A DNA stretch of 64,000 bases. It comes from Nemertoderma westbladi (Eukaryota; Animalia; Xenacoelomorpha). Position 1 is the stretch's first letter, and the number at the start of each line of letters is the position of its first letter. Shown piece by piece: positions 36,331 through 49,000 of the stretch. The stretch is taken from positions 248,001 to 312,000 of the forward strand of contig JAUCBJ010007289.1 in the NCBI GenBank assembly GCA_032718475.1, in the 5' to 3' direction. The position numbers and the translations under genes are program-made. The notes below the pieces were generated by a model that was given only the letters and a program-made list of their open reading frames with translations, did no database searches and had not been told where the DNA came from.

Positions 36331-39300
36331 CTCGTTTCCCATATTTGGTGTGCGATCAGCTGTTCCGCACCAATCAACATAGAAACATTCCTATAACCTA
36401 CCTGGTGTCTCGGTATCCTGAGCTTGTCAAAATACTCCTGTGCTATGGGACTCATCGGCGGCACCTTACCTAACTGCCTGCCGAATCCCTTCATAGCTAG
36501 ACACTTAAATCCGTCCAATGGCAAAGCTCTCCGTTCTTGTCGAGTATGCTGGTCTCTCGGAAGTAGGGAGTCTAGTTCTACCGAAATTCTGTGTCCCTTG
36601 AGGTCTCCTACTCCATGCATAGACTTCAACTCTATTTGTATTTCCTCTGCATCCTGGAAGCTAGAAACAGCTCTCGCCACTTCCTCGTCGATATACGATA
36701 ATGTGGACGCAGTGTCCAACATCACATATATTCGCTTAGATCCCTTATCGCCAGTAAGTTTCACCGGAATCACGCTAAATATTTCCGACGTGACCGATGA
36801 TAAATACGTCCGCGCGCTGGTCGATGAACTATCCGCGGTGAAACCTTGGCAGGTCACCTCTCTTGCGCTTGACTCGCCATCCTCGTCCGACGAACCTGGT
36901 TGATAACCATCTTCTTGGATGCCGGTATACGTATTCCTTCTTATCGATACGGGTTCTTTGCTCCCCTTCCTGTGAGGATTTCGCTGTAAGTAACGGTCCG
37001 TTGGGGTATGGAAATCCGCATGTAGCAACTTGTGATGTAGTCTGCCGCATTCCATGCATCCGTCCTTGCTGTTCGGGCACTGCCACCGTACATGACCTGG
37101 CTCAAGACATGCCCAACAGGTGTCCAACGTCCGCACTTGAACTCTTCTCTGTTCCGAATTTAATTCTTTGAACCGTCTGCAACTATCTAACTTATGATCG
37201 TCAGATCTTACCTCCTTTAGTAAACAGTATTGGCAACCTACAAATCCATCCGGCAACTCCTGTTGCTTTAACCTAGGTCTATCTAACCGCTCACCTGACC
37301 ATACTCGCGAGTCTGATCTAAAGGCTGGGGTACTCGAATTATATCTGTCTACTGAGTTAAATGTCACAGTGGTCCTGTCATCGTCAAAACTTACCATAGA
37401 CTTACCGGTAACAGGTTTAGACTCCCTCATATTCTCCTCTGAGAAGTTTGATTTCATCTCTGCTACTGCATCTGTGGCTATCATGTCATGAATATGCTGA
37501 AGTGTCAATACTTTACCTTGGCCTTCCAACTTATTCTCTAATTTGCGCCATTTCTGTCGATAACGCATGTTTAAACGTCTTATTACGCTCTTTAAAACTT
37601 CGGCGTGATCACCATGATGAGGTAGATTCACCGTCCTCAAGATGTCCAATGCATTCGAAATAGCGTTCGCTAAGTTCAACAGCTCTAACGGAGTTGTAAT
37701 CTTTCCGCCCTTACCCAAGTCTTCTACTATCGACTGCGCCATCTTGGTTTTATTCCCGTAGATGTCGCTAAGCGTCTTCATTGCCAACTCAAATGCCCTT
37801 TCATTGCCAACGAAGTTGTCAGCAATGGCTCTAGGTTCTCGATGGAGCATCTGAAGCAAATAGTTGAACTTCTCGTTGGGAGTAAAGGTGCTGTTGGTTA
37901 GCTGCTCGTCGACATAGGTTTTGAATGTCCTCCAGTGCTTGTGGTTACCCATAAACTTCTGGGGTTGTTGCGTCGGCAGTCCCTGCCTAGCAGCAAACTT
38001 ACCTATGTCCCTAAGGGTTGCGTCGTTCCGGGTTAACAAATGGTTTAGTTCCGCAGGGTTGTTAAGTCTGGTCCTTTCCCGGTGGTTCCAACTTACCTGC
38101 TCCGCGTCGGTCCTTCTTTCCTTATAGTTTTGGGACTTCTGACGTCTCATGTCTTCCTCTTCATCGCTTGACTCGGTGTCAGTCCTTAGTGCTCGTGTTG
38201 GTTTGCGCGCCTAGGCTTTGATCCAAGCATCCTGAATAAATTTTTCGGCCGAATTTTCGAAATTGGGATTATGGATAGTCGGGACAGGCGTCCTTACCTG
38301 AGGTCTATGTGGTATAGTTTACTCCGATATACGTACTCGTTGACTAGGCTGGACTTTATCTGACTCAGGCCTGCTAGGATTAGAATTACTTCTTACCTGG
38401 GCTGTTTCCTTTAACTGTAGGTTACTAAGCATGTCCATTATAGGTTGGATGTGCGGTGATATAGCTTGCGCTAAACTAGCACTTAACTCATCCCTCGTAA
38501 TAAATTCCTGGCTAGGGTTCTGTTGTATAGTCGGCTCTATCTGAGTAATCCACTCTCTCTCATATGATCCCTCCTCCGGTTTAACCCGGAAGTTCTCCGT
38601 CGAACTGGGTCGGCGCTCCATCCGCGTATTCCAAACCCGCGGGTTCGGTTCGCCCAATACTCGGCCCGTCGGAGTTTCTCTAAACTCTTTGTTGTCTCGT
38701 TCGGTCGCTTGCGTCCTTCTGGGCTCCTCCCCGAGGCGCACCCACAAGGCGGATGCTGTCCCACCACCCCTGGGGCCAGTCTGACTGATGTTATTATCAG
38801 ACTGGGCCGGAGGGTGGCCCGATGCTTCCCGGGTTCTGTTTTCGGTCCCCCGATCACACCGGCACAGCTCGTCGAACGTGTAGCCAGATGGGCGGCTACT
38901 GTCAACTTACTGTGGCCTGACTGTACATTGAGCCAACTCAAAGTATAACAAAGAGTCAACCGGCAGGTGGACCAGTCGATAGCGATCGAGCACCTAACTG
39001 ACGGTCTTGTCCCAAGCGGGCTTGCGCTACCCAACATGGAATATTGACACGTTTTCACCTGCCTCGCCGGCAGTATTGAGGGGACTCCATTCCACAACAA
39101 TACTGACTAGCTCGAAAGCTAGGAACAAGTAACCACTTACCAGTCACTGTACACGTGTACTCAACAGATGTTCACAATATCAAGTACACTACGGTAAACA
39201 CAAAATCTGACACATACCATGCACACACAGAAGACATAATCGGGAAAGACAAAATCGGGGTCAAAATCGAGAGGGACTAGTTGTATCGACTAGAGACATC

Positions 39301-41653
39301 GTGAAAGAGATAGTCGAGAGTACTTTATTTTACCGTCAGGGTAAAATAACTTGTATGTACGAAGCATGCTGGGGCGCAGTAAAGTATGGTCCTACTAATA
39401 CCAGCGGCGTCTGGACCAACCGGCAAGGTTTCCCACACTCACTCACAGTGGCCATACATACAATCACGTGTACTCACATACCCACAGCAACAGAAAGCTC
39501 ATCTCAGACCTAAACACACCCCAAAGACCAATCAGCTGAACATGGAGACAATAACATATAGTATCAAAAAAACGGAACAGCTGACGGTCAATGGCACACA
39601 TCCAAGCCCCAAAGCTAACTGCCACTGCTCGCCCACATACAAATCACAGTTCACACCACATGGACCACAAATCACGCCATGCCACCACCCCTACTGTGTA
39701 CAGGACTGGCAGTACGGCAACAGGCCGACTAGATGGAACCACGGCACCATGGCAATTCATGGTTCGCTAGACACGAGGGCCTTCAGTAACTCCCTAGCAC
39801 TATACACCAAATTTAACGTGCCCCCAGACCATCACGAGTCCGCTGCCGCCTGTTCTACACACCCCTATAGAGACCTCACCTCTTTAGGTATGTAGTGGTG
39901 CGGTGTTCTGATGACGTGGATTCTGCGCGATAGGTGAAGCACTAATACCAACTGGTGTGCGATATGTAGAGAACGGTTTAGCGATCCGAGTACTCGTAAT
40001 AGCTGGACCGGGTATAGGAATTCTGGTCGTTGTCGACTCGCGTATAGTCGGAGTTCTCGCTTCCTGTTCGGCCTTCTGCAGTGCGAACAGTTCTCGCAAC
40101 TCAGTCCCTACACTCGCCCCACATTCTTCGATCATTCGCAACCCCTTCTCGGCGATTTCATTTGCCTTTCTAGTCCGTTCCTCGCTCTCTAGGTTTAATC
40201 TCGCACTTTCCAACTGCGCCAGTTTACGTTCTTCTTCTTCCCTCGCTCGTCTCGCTGCGCTCTCTTCTTCCACACGTGCCTTCTCTTCATACAACGCCCG
40301 TCGCTCCCTCTCGCGCTCAAGTTCGCGCTCCTTGCGCTCGCGTTCGAGTTGGAGTTCGCGTCTTCTTTGCTCGCGTTCCTTAGCTTCCCGTTCGCGTTGG
40401 AGTTCGCGTTCTTCGCGTTCACGTTCGAGTTGGAGTTCTCGTTCTTCGCGTTCGCGTTCGAGTTGGAGTTCTCGTTCTTCCTGTTCGCGTTCCGCTTGCT
40501 CACGCTTACCTTTGTCTTCCAACTCTCGCAACTTTGCGTCTAACTTACGTGTGCGCTCCCGTTCCCGCTCGGCTTCCTTCTGTGCTTCCGATGCACGCAA
40601 AACTTCCGCCTGCTGTTCGTCCAGTCGGCGTCTTCTCTCCTCCGCCGAGTTGTGAGAAACAAGGGATCTAGCACATATAACTTTCCCTCGCGCGTGACTA
40701 ACCTGGGAATCGCCACTGTCTCTAGATGCGTCGTCGGGTGGAGTTAACGTTCTCTGTTGGATTTTGTCTGTCGTCGGCAGCACCTGGCCCGGTACCACCA
40801 CTCCACTCTGCATCAGCCAGCTGGTAACTTCCCGTTGATACCTGCGCTCCTCCTTATCCTGCATCTCTTCTCGCTCCACTAAGTTTCTTAACTCTGCGTC
40901 ACTCACTTGGGTCGCCTGCGCTTGTGATGCCCATAGCAACCAGTTCTCCGTCCTAACTCGCCGAAATCGCTCCGATAATGCGCGGTGCTCTAGCAAGGCT
41001 GCTAAAACCCTGTCGTAAATCCTCGTCGCCACGTCGCTCGACTGAGACTCCACTGCTCTCTTTGCTAAGACTGCAAGCTCCTCCGTCTGTTTGAATAACG
41101 CTGAGTTGTATCCCTTTCTAATCTCTACTAACCCTTCCCTTCCGATGTTCGCTGAGTCAGCTAGCATCTTCCTTACCTTGTCCGCCGTCCGGGTTATATG
41201 TCCGGCATGCGCGCGAAGTTTCTTCTTTATCGCGATGTCAAGTTCTCTTTCGCTTACCTGACTCACACTTGGTGGACTTGAAGGATTATTTCGGGAACTA
41301 CGGGTACTCCTTATAGCCGCTGGGACCACGGCACTTACCATACCCACAGGTCTGGAAACCGGGCTCCGGGCTCTCGCTTCTGCTACACTACCCTCCCTAT
41401 CACTCACCTCTGGCCGGGCTGCTATGCGGTCCTTCCTTACAGTAGTGGTAGGGGATCCTAATACTATTACTTGAGGTTGTTGTTCTTCCTCACTAGTCAC
41501 TGTCTCGTCCTCCTGTTCACTTACGTCAGCGTCGCTTGCTGCGTCGTCATAGTCGGCATTGTCGTCGACAGTTATGTCTACACTGTTATCAGTCGGCGGT
41601 CCGGCCGCCGTCTCATAGCTGTCCTCTAGTGCCTCCTTGTCTGAGACACTCAT
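36331..41653 (-). pseudogene. gag: B2 gag-protease: long acidic/coiled-coil N-terminus (39884-41653), Gag core, three Cys/His knuckles, DTAS protease
   Basis: (ERELQLERERE)-type repeats; KFMGNHKHWRTF; CQYC..H..C, CWACLEPGH..C, CMECGRLHHKLLH; VMLDTASTLSY. Interrupted by stops and a ~1.1-kb extra segment. Confidence 0.9.
38750..39880. other. ~1.1-kb segment in B2 gag with no counterpart in B1 (unclassified insertion)
   Basis: B1 57890-57970 goes directly between the two flanking homologous segments. No TSD or TIR identified; boundaries approximate. Confidence 0.65.
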
Positions 41654-42595
41654 TGTCTAAGTAATATTTTGCCTTCCGGCTAAAATCTCGCAAAAATTCG
41701 AGATATATATAATTTAATCGAAATGCGGTTAAATTATTTGTCAAATAATTGGTTGGTCCCAAAATGTCAAATAAATTCGCAATACAATATTGGGAATTTA
41801 ATAAGATATAGTTATAGCAAATACCGGTATAATATTTAAAGAAAAATATTATTATATAGCCATTATATAGCATTTAAATACCGGTATGACACAAAAATAA
41901 TTTCTGAATCTAATTCAAAATATTCAAAAATGAATTTGCCACCCAAATATTTCTAACTTTATATATATATAGCTCAAAATCAATGTAATTTTATTTTTAA
42001 ATATTATTTCTATATCCACTAGCGCGTGGCTACACCTTCAGGTTGCGACACTCTCTCTCTCTCTCTCTCTAACTGAGCGATCCAAAACACCATGGCCGGC
42101 TAAACCTAACTATCCTAACTAATAAATTGAGTTCAGTTTCGCAGTTAAACAACCGGTAATTTTTTACTGCTTCCACAAATACTATGGTGCCAACAGAACA
42201 ACTAACCTTATTTGCTGTGAGATTCCACGTCCGCGTCCAAAGTTTCAGACTTTTCGCTGATTGCAAACCGAACCCGCAGGCCCACACAAACCCCAAACTC
42301 AGAAGCTCCGTCTCGCCATGTATCTCCAGATGGTATAAAATAATTAAGCGGTTATCCAACATACCGGTACAAAAACTCTAGATTTTATTATATAAATTTT
42401 GGCCGAAACTGAATTCTCACAAACCTAGCTAAAATTTTCAAAAAACTTACTAATTTACAATTTACCCTAACGGCCCAAATGAATTGCTGTATTCCGCGAT
42501 TAGTGAACAAATGTTACTTCTCACTGTTGCAAAGCAACAGTAAAAAATAAAAGTAAAAAAAATGGTTCTTACTGTACGTAGTACAGTAAGTCAAA

Positions 42596-42606
42596 GTGGT
42601 TCTTAC
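42596..42606 (-). promoter_or_regulatory. B2 non-tRNA primer-binding site GTAAGAACCAC
   Basis: Immediately follows the 5' LTR end (..TTTAACA). Exact complement of the LTR-internal 11-mer at 27164-27174 read in element sense. Confidence 0.7.
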
Positions 42607-44558
42607 TGTTAAACAGGGGCGATCAGGAGCGCGTTATTAGTGCTGCACTGCTGCTAAACACAAAACTGCTACTCTCCGCTGGATGGCGCTAACCTGGCCG
42701 TCCGCTAATATTTTTACTAAATTTCTACGGCTCCTGCAAATCGCTTGTTCCTTTCTCTGTTGATTGCTCAACAGAGAGCTAACTGTTCGAATCTATGAGC
42801 CACGTGGGAATAACCAAAACAATAAACCCGAATCGGCTCCCTAAGCTACTTAAAACGAGTGCGGGTGACCTAGCACTCGGAGTTCACTTATCGCAAAATA
42901 CTGGAATACACTGGCAGAACACGTTGAATGTGAGAATGTTTTTATGTTAAGGGGGATAGATCTGTTACTTTCCTAGGTGCTGAAACTTGGCCTTTGGCTG
43001 GTTTTAGACCAGCAAACTTACTACTGCTGTACTGTATACTGGACACTGCTGTCAGTCCGTTGCCCCGCTATTTTCAAATAACCGCCTAGCGTGAATAGTC
43101 TACAGTATTCTAAAACAATTACTTAAACTACTCTCCGCTATGCTGCGTACAAATTCTTATTTTATTTTATCGCTAAATTAATTACAGTCATAAATACAAA
43201 TTCGCGTACTAATTACTAGATATTCCAGAATACGTACTTCTAATTTATTACGTACTGGGGCTTATACTAGCAACAGTCTAAATGCGGTATTAATTTGACC
43301 TAATTAGCAATTAATAAGCATAAACTAAGAAATGGAAATCAATCAAGGGAAACAGCGCCTATCTAAGCATTCACATTTAAGAATCAGGCACTCTTTAGCA
43401 ACACAACACAAATAGCGTAGCACTAAGTTAGTAGTACGGCAGATAGCGCTAACTACACCAATCAGCTAGTGCACTAAATACCCGTACATTAGTACATCAG
43501 TATACCAGTATTAGTCATCCAATCAATCAATCAAAGCCACACATGGGACTCCTAACTAAACCCAAATTCTGCCCCCCTAAAACTACAAAGTAGAGACGGA
43601 AATCTGGATCGTCAGCCCCCTAATACTGTAACAGCGGCTGGTCCCCGGTCCTCAACTGACTAGCTCCGACCGCAACGGGGGCCTCCCGCCAGCGTTGCCC
43701 AGCTTTGGATCCTCTGCACTCCCTTCTGTCGCTTCCCCCCAGTTCGCCCGCCTACCGGTAACTTAGCCCTCCATTAGAATGAATAGCTACCGTAGCGGCG
43801 CATGCAATCACAAACAGTCTGACAGGCTAAAGAAATCCCGTGGGATTATCACATCTTAAATCACATAGGAATTAATAATCAAAAGTAGAAATCATAATTC
43901 AAGGTTGTAATTTGCAGTAATCGATTGAGAAAAACAGAAAGATAGACGAAAGATTAACAATTAACAGAAACCAGAAACAAACTACAATACTGCCACTGGT
44001 ACTGCTGTAACAACTGAGAACTAGATGCCCATACCGGAAATACAGCCAATTTATAGGTGATGCAACAGGGATGACGCAATATTCCTCTCATTGGTTCCCC
44101 AATCCGCCCCACCACCAGACCAACCTGGAACAGCTGGGCCAATAAGGAAGCCGGATTGTGAACCTCAGGGCTTCCAAATCGCAAATTATTACCATATATG
44201 GTAATGGATCACGTCCCTGGCTGCTGAATGGTTAGGATTGCGTCCCTGGATGCTGGCCCTATCGAGGCTAATAACAGCAAGCCCATATCCAGGGTCCAAC
44301 AAGAACTTGCTACCCTGGAACTATCTACTTATATCCTATTACAAAACTACATAGGTAGGGCTACATACTATACAAAATGGATGAATTCAAAATATATGGG
44401 CGTTTCAATTTCCTTATCTAAATGTCATTGCGCATTATTATGTCTTATCTAAATAATTATACTGTATAACGGCTAATATATTATACTGTATAACACGGAC
44501 TAATATATTATACTGTATAACACGGACTAATATAGGTACAGCACCATATACCGTAACA
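42607..44558 (-). repeat. B2 5' LTR (1952 bp)
   Basis: Direct repeat of 26227-28207, with ~30 bp missing near 43533. Confidence 0.96.
44012..44094 (-). promoter_or_regulatory. Putative B2 LTR core promoter (CCAAT, TATAAAT, Inr-like TCAGTT)
   Basis: On the minus strand: CCAAT 44090-44094, TATAAAT 44049-44055, TCAGTT 44012-44017. B1 has CCAAT and TATATTT at the homologous position. Confidence 0.5.
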
Positions 44559-45529
44559 CTTCCCTTTGTATACCTAATGAAGTATCACCTTCACTCTTTT
44601 TAACTGAACCTATGGATATTACCCAACTTTGGGATTTGGAAACTGTTGGTATACGAAAACATGAAGTTGACCATATTCCATATCCAACTCCTACAGTCTC
44701 AGAGGATTGTCCTCCTCATTATAGAGTTCGGTTACCATTCAAGGGTTTACAGCGCCCTGTTTCCAATTACAATCGCATCTTTGCTCAACAGAAGCATTTT
44801 ACTTCAAAACTAAACTCTGAGGAAAATGATGTCTATACATCCAAAATGTTAAAGCTCTTTGCTGATGACATAATTGAGCCTGTGACAACTTCCTATAACA
44901 TTGGTTTTTTCTTCCAAATCATTTAGTGAAAAAATCCAATAAATATCGTGTGGTTTTTAATGGATCTGCTAAAGACACTTCAGGAGTCAGTCCTAATTCC
45001 TGCCTAGATCCTGGTCCGAACCTTCTTGCATCACTTGTTGATGTATTTCTCGGTTTTCGTCTTTATAAACATGTAGTTGTAGCTGAAATAGAAGCTGCCT
45101 ACCACCAAATCGAACTTCACCCAGACGATCGAAAATGGGTAAAGTTTATATGGAATAATGTTTCATATCAGTTCAAGAGAACTCCTTTCGGAGTATCATC
45201 TAGCTCATTCCTTCTTAATTCAACCGTGCAGTTCCAAGCTACTACAACAGCTCCTCCAGCATTCGTTGTAGAACTTTTAAAATCACTATATTGTGATGAT
45301 GTGATACATAGTAATTCTAATAAACAAAGAGCAATAGAGTTTTTACAATCAGCAATAAGTATCTTTAGTTTAGCTGGTATGAACCTTCGTCAAGTCTTAA
45401 AACCTTCCAAGATTTTGGGAGTTCCATGGAATATTGATACTGATGAGATTTATATAGACACTTCCAATGTATCAATTCCAATTCTGTTCACTCGTCGAGA
45501 ACTACTGATATCGCAGGGTCAGATCTATG
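44559..45529 (+). pseudogene. pol: C reverse transcriptase region
   Basis: QLWDLETVGI, YRVRLPFK, YRVVFNGSA, PGPNLL, EIEAAYHQI, TPFGVSSS, LYCDD, KILGVPW. Confidence 0.92.
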
Positions 45530-46025
45530 TGTTCTGAATGTTCGGGAATGAAAGAACAGAAATATAATATATATATAAAACATGACCTCGATCAGTACAG
45601 CAGTCAGTATATTAAGCTTAGGCAAGGTAATACATAATATTGAATAGTAAACACTGAAACTCTCAGTACCGTAGTAGAAGTACTTGTTATAATAATAGGA
45701 GCCTTATATAGGGTGGTAATATATACTGTATTTGTTACATCCTCCACCACCGAAAAAAAAAAATTTCCGTAAACAAAATATTTATGACAAAAAAATATAT
45801 ATACCGTATATCCCACAATGACAACTTTATGCGTATGTATGCTTAAATTTAATAACTTTCATACACTACAAATCTGTACAAATCAACAATTTGTATTATT
45901 AACGAAAAAAAAAATTACATATAGAAAAATAATTTATATCTAACTACTGTATATTTGTCAACGGGTTAAATAAAAATATGTATAATTTATTGTAAACTGA
46001 TATTTTGTTACTTTTTAGTTAAATT

Positions 46026-49000
46026 TTATGCCTCGCTATCTGAATCGTCACTTGACAATTTTTTAATACACGATTTTATATTTTTACGCGTGATCGTTGC
46101 ACATGTACGTTTCTCTCGTTCTCTGTAAATCTTGTCGGTGGATTTCGATGTGCTTTGAAGATCGCCATTTTCGTCAACAAGCATTTCGGAATGGTTAATT
46201 TCTAATGGATACAAGCGTTTCACTGGGCGTTTCAAAACACCATGACGAGTTTTCAATGAAACGGAACGTACATAGTCATCCTGTCCTGGATGGAGCATTA
46301 TAATCCTCCCTAACGGCCATTGCATCCGAGGAAGGTTACCGCTGCCGATTAGAACAATGTCTCCGACTTTTGGAACGACTTCAGTCAGAGATGTTGTACA
46401 TCGATGTCTTTCACGTAGTGCTACCAGGTACTCCTGGTTCCAACGTCGCCAGAAGTTACTAATCAATGTCGTAATATGTAAATATTGTTTCCTAACATAT
46501 GTTTCGTCATCGCTTCCGTATGAGGGATCAGATATAAGTTCTGAAACATCGGAAATAATATTTAAACCGTTTAGTTTTCTTCCATAAATTAAATGAGAGG
46601 GTGTTAGTGGAAGTATTTCATCCGGTTCGGAACTCATGTAGGTCAATGGCCGATCGTTTATAAGAGATTCTATCTCTACAACTATTGTACGCAGTTGGTC
46701 AATAGAAACTAAAGATTTCCCTAAAGTTTTCTCTAATGTTAACTTGGTCATCTTTACGAGTCATTCCCATGTACCTCCCATCCACGGACTAGATGGAGGT
46801 ATGAAACGCCACACAATTCGTTGTAAAAGCAAGTAGCTTCGAACGGACGGATCAGAATGTAGGTCTTGTAGATTAATATCAGCAGAAACGAAAGTGGATG
46901 CGTTATCACTAATAAGCTGAGTAGGGCAGCCTCGACGTCCAATAAACCGTCTCAATGCCATTATGAATTCAGTTGTGGAGTTATCGCTAACGACCTCTAA
47001 GTGAATGGCTCGTGAGGCCATACAAGTGAATAAAGCTATATAAGCCTTAGTAATTAATTCGTTCTCCTTAACAAGCAAATATCCCGTATAATCGACACCA
47101 GAAACTTGAAATGGATTAGCAATCCTTACTCGAAATGGCGGAAGTTGAGGTTCTGGTGGAGTTGTGTAAGGTCGACCTTGAACGCGGCGACAGGAAACAC
47201 ATAGCCGGAGTATTGAATTGACACGTTGTCGTATACGTGAGATCCAAAAGACTTGTCGCAAGTTTACAACTGTTTCTGTAACACCACAGTGTAAAAATCG
47301 ATTAAGAGTTTCAAGAATAAGTAACTCAGTAAACTTATGTTTACTCGGAATAAGGATCGGACATTTCGTTGTCCAATCAAGGTCAGCATGGTCGATCCGA
47401 CCTTTGGACCGAATAACTCCATTGTGTAGGAATAAATTTAGTTGCCGAATTAAATGAGGGGGTTTAGTAGTCCTGGTAGAATCGACTTGTTTCTTAAGTG
47501 CTGTATTTCAGAATAAAATGTTTCGTACTGAACTTGACGAAACCAATAAGTTTGGGCTGAATTAATATCACTAACAGATAAGGATGGCAATTTATTGCCA
47601 GATTTCCAGGTATTTGTCGTTTTCGTTTTAATTTTGCAACAACTAATGAACTTTATAACCCAAGCTGTAACGTTGATAAGTTTGTTATAACTATTGATAT
47701 ATCTATCATAGGTTTATTGACGTGATAAACTTTACTTTCAGTTTCACTTAAACTGTCTACGACTACCGGTATGGAGGAAGAAACTAGGCCCGCAGTTTCG
47801 TGTTCAAATCCATGTGATGGTTGTTGGGGCCAATCACATGGTGTAATCAGCCAATCGGGGCCGTTTACCCAAATATTCGAAGTTAAAAATTGCGAATAAC
47901 TAATCCCACGAGTTAACAAGTCTGCAGGATTGTCTTTGGTAGGTACATAACGAAAGGTTGCCATAGGTACCAACCTGTGAATTTCGTCTACGCGAGTTTT
48001 TCTGAAAGGTTTCAAAACTTTAGTGCTATTCACCCAATGTAGCACTAACTGACTGTCAGTCCACAGATTTAACGAACGTGGAGTAAATATCGATGAATAC
48101 ACATCAGAAATATAATTTACCAACCGAGCTCCAATATTAAAAGCTATCAACTCGAGGTTAGGTAAAGAAGGTTTCGATTGTTTGATTGGAGTCACTCTCG
48201 CTTTTGCTGTAATAAAAAATGAACCATTTTCATTTACAATGTAAATTACAGCACCGAATGCTTTTTTAGAAGCGTCACTAAAGCAGTGTAAGTCGATTAT
48301 TGGAGCCAATGGGAGCTGTCTAGGAATTGTCAGCGTGGCTGCTCCATTTAGGTCTGTAAGTAATAAGTTCCAAACTGAAACTAAATCGCTGGGAATGGTT
48401 GCATCCCAGTCTAATTGTAAATGCCAAAGTTGCTGTATAAGAATACGAGAGCGAATTGTTATTGGCAGTAGAAAACCATATGGGTCAAAAACCTTCGCAG
48501 ACAAACTAACAATCACTCTCTTTGTTATAATATCAGGAGAAATAATTTCATTGGAGACAAACCCGAGTTTATCTTCAGTAATGTGCCACAACATACCAAG
48601 TAACTTAACAGTACTTTTATACGTTTTAGGTCCGTCGTTATTGGTTACAATGATTTCCTGTAATTTTGGGGAATTCGTTACCCATTGTCACAATGGAAAT
48701 CCACCTTCAGTTAAAATTTGTTTACTTTGACGGTAAATATCTATTAATTCTGACTCTGTTGGCTCCATACACTGTAGATTGTCAACATAAATACCTTCGC
48801 TTATTTTCTCAGCAATATTTGAAGAATATTTATTGAGGTGATATTTTATTGTAGCATTCAATAAGAATTGGCTACACATAGCTCCGAATAAAATAACTTT
48901 AAAACGATATGTCACTAATTGACTAAAAGGGTCGAATGGATCCTGGATCCATAAAAACCTTGTACAATCGCGATCAGATTGATCAAAGCCTATTTGTAGA

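Larger units (their letters stand above)
26227..44558 (-). mobile_element. BEL/Pao element B2 with ~2-kb LTRs and a post-pol accessory region
   Basis: LTRs 26227-28207 and 42607-44558 (about 99% identical by eye, plus one ~30-bp indel). PPT TTGGAGCGG; gag-PR-RT-RH-IN on the minus strand. Flanks do not form a TSD. Confidence 0.95.

Noticed and set aside
38757-39878. Intron in B2 gag (AG|GTGAGG donor on the minus strand near 39878)
   Set aside because: An in-frame stop precedes the donor, and I found no convincing polypyrimidine acceptor at the other end. It cannot be fully excluded without RNA data.
39957-40655. 232-aa Ser/Arg-rich plus-strand ORF
   Set aside because: Antisense shadow of the E/R-rich coiled-coil repeats in B2 gag.
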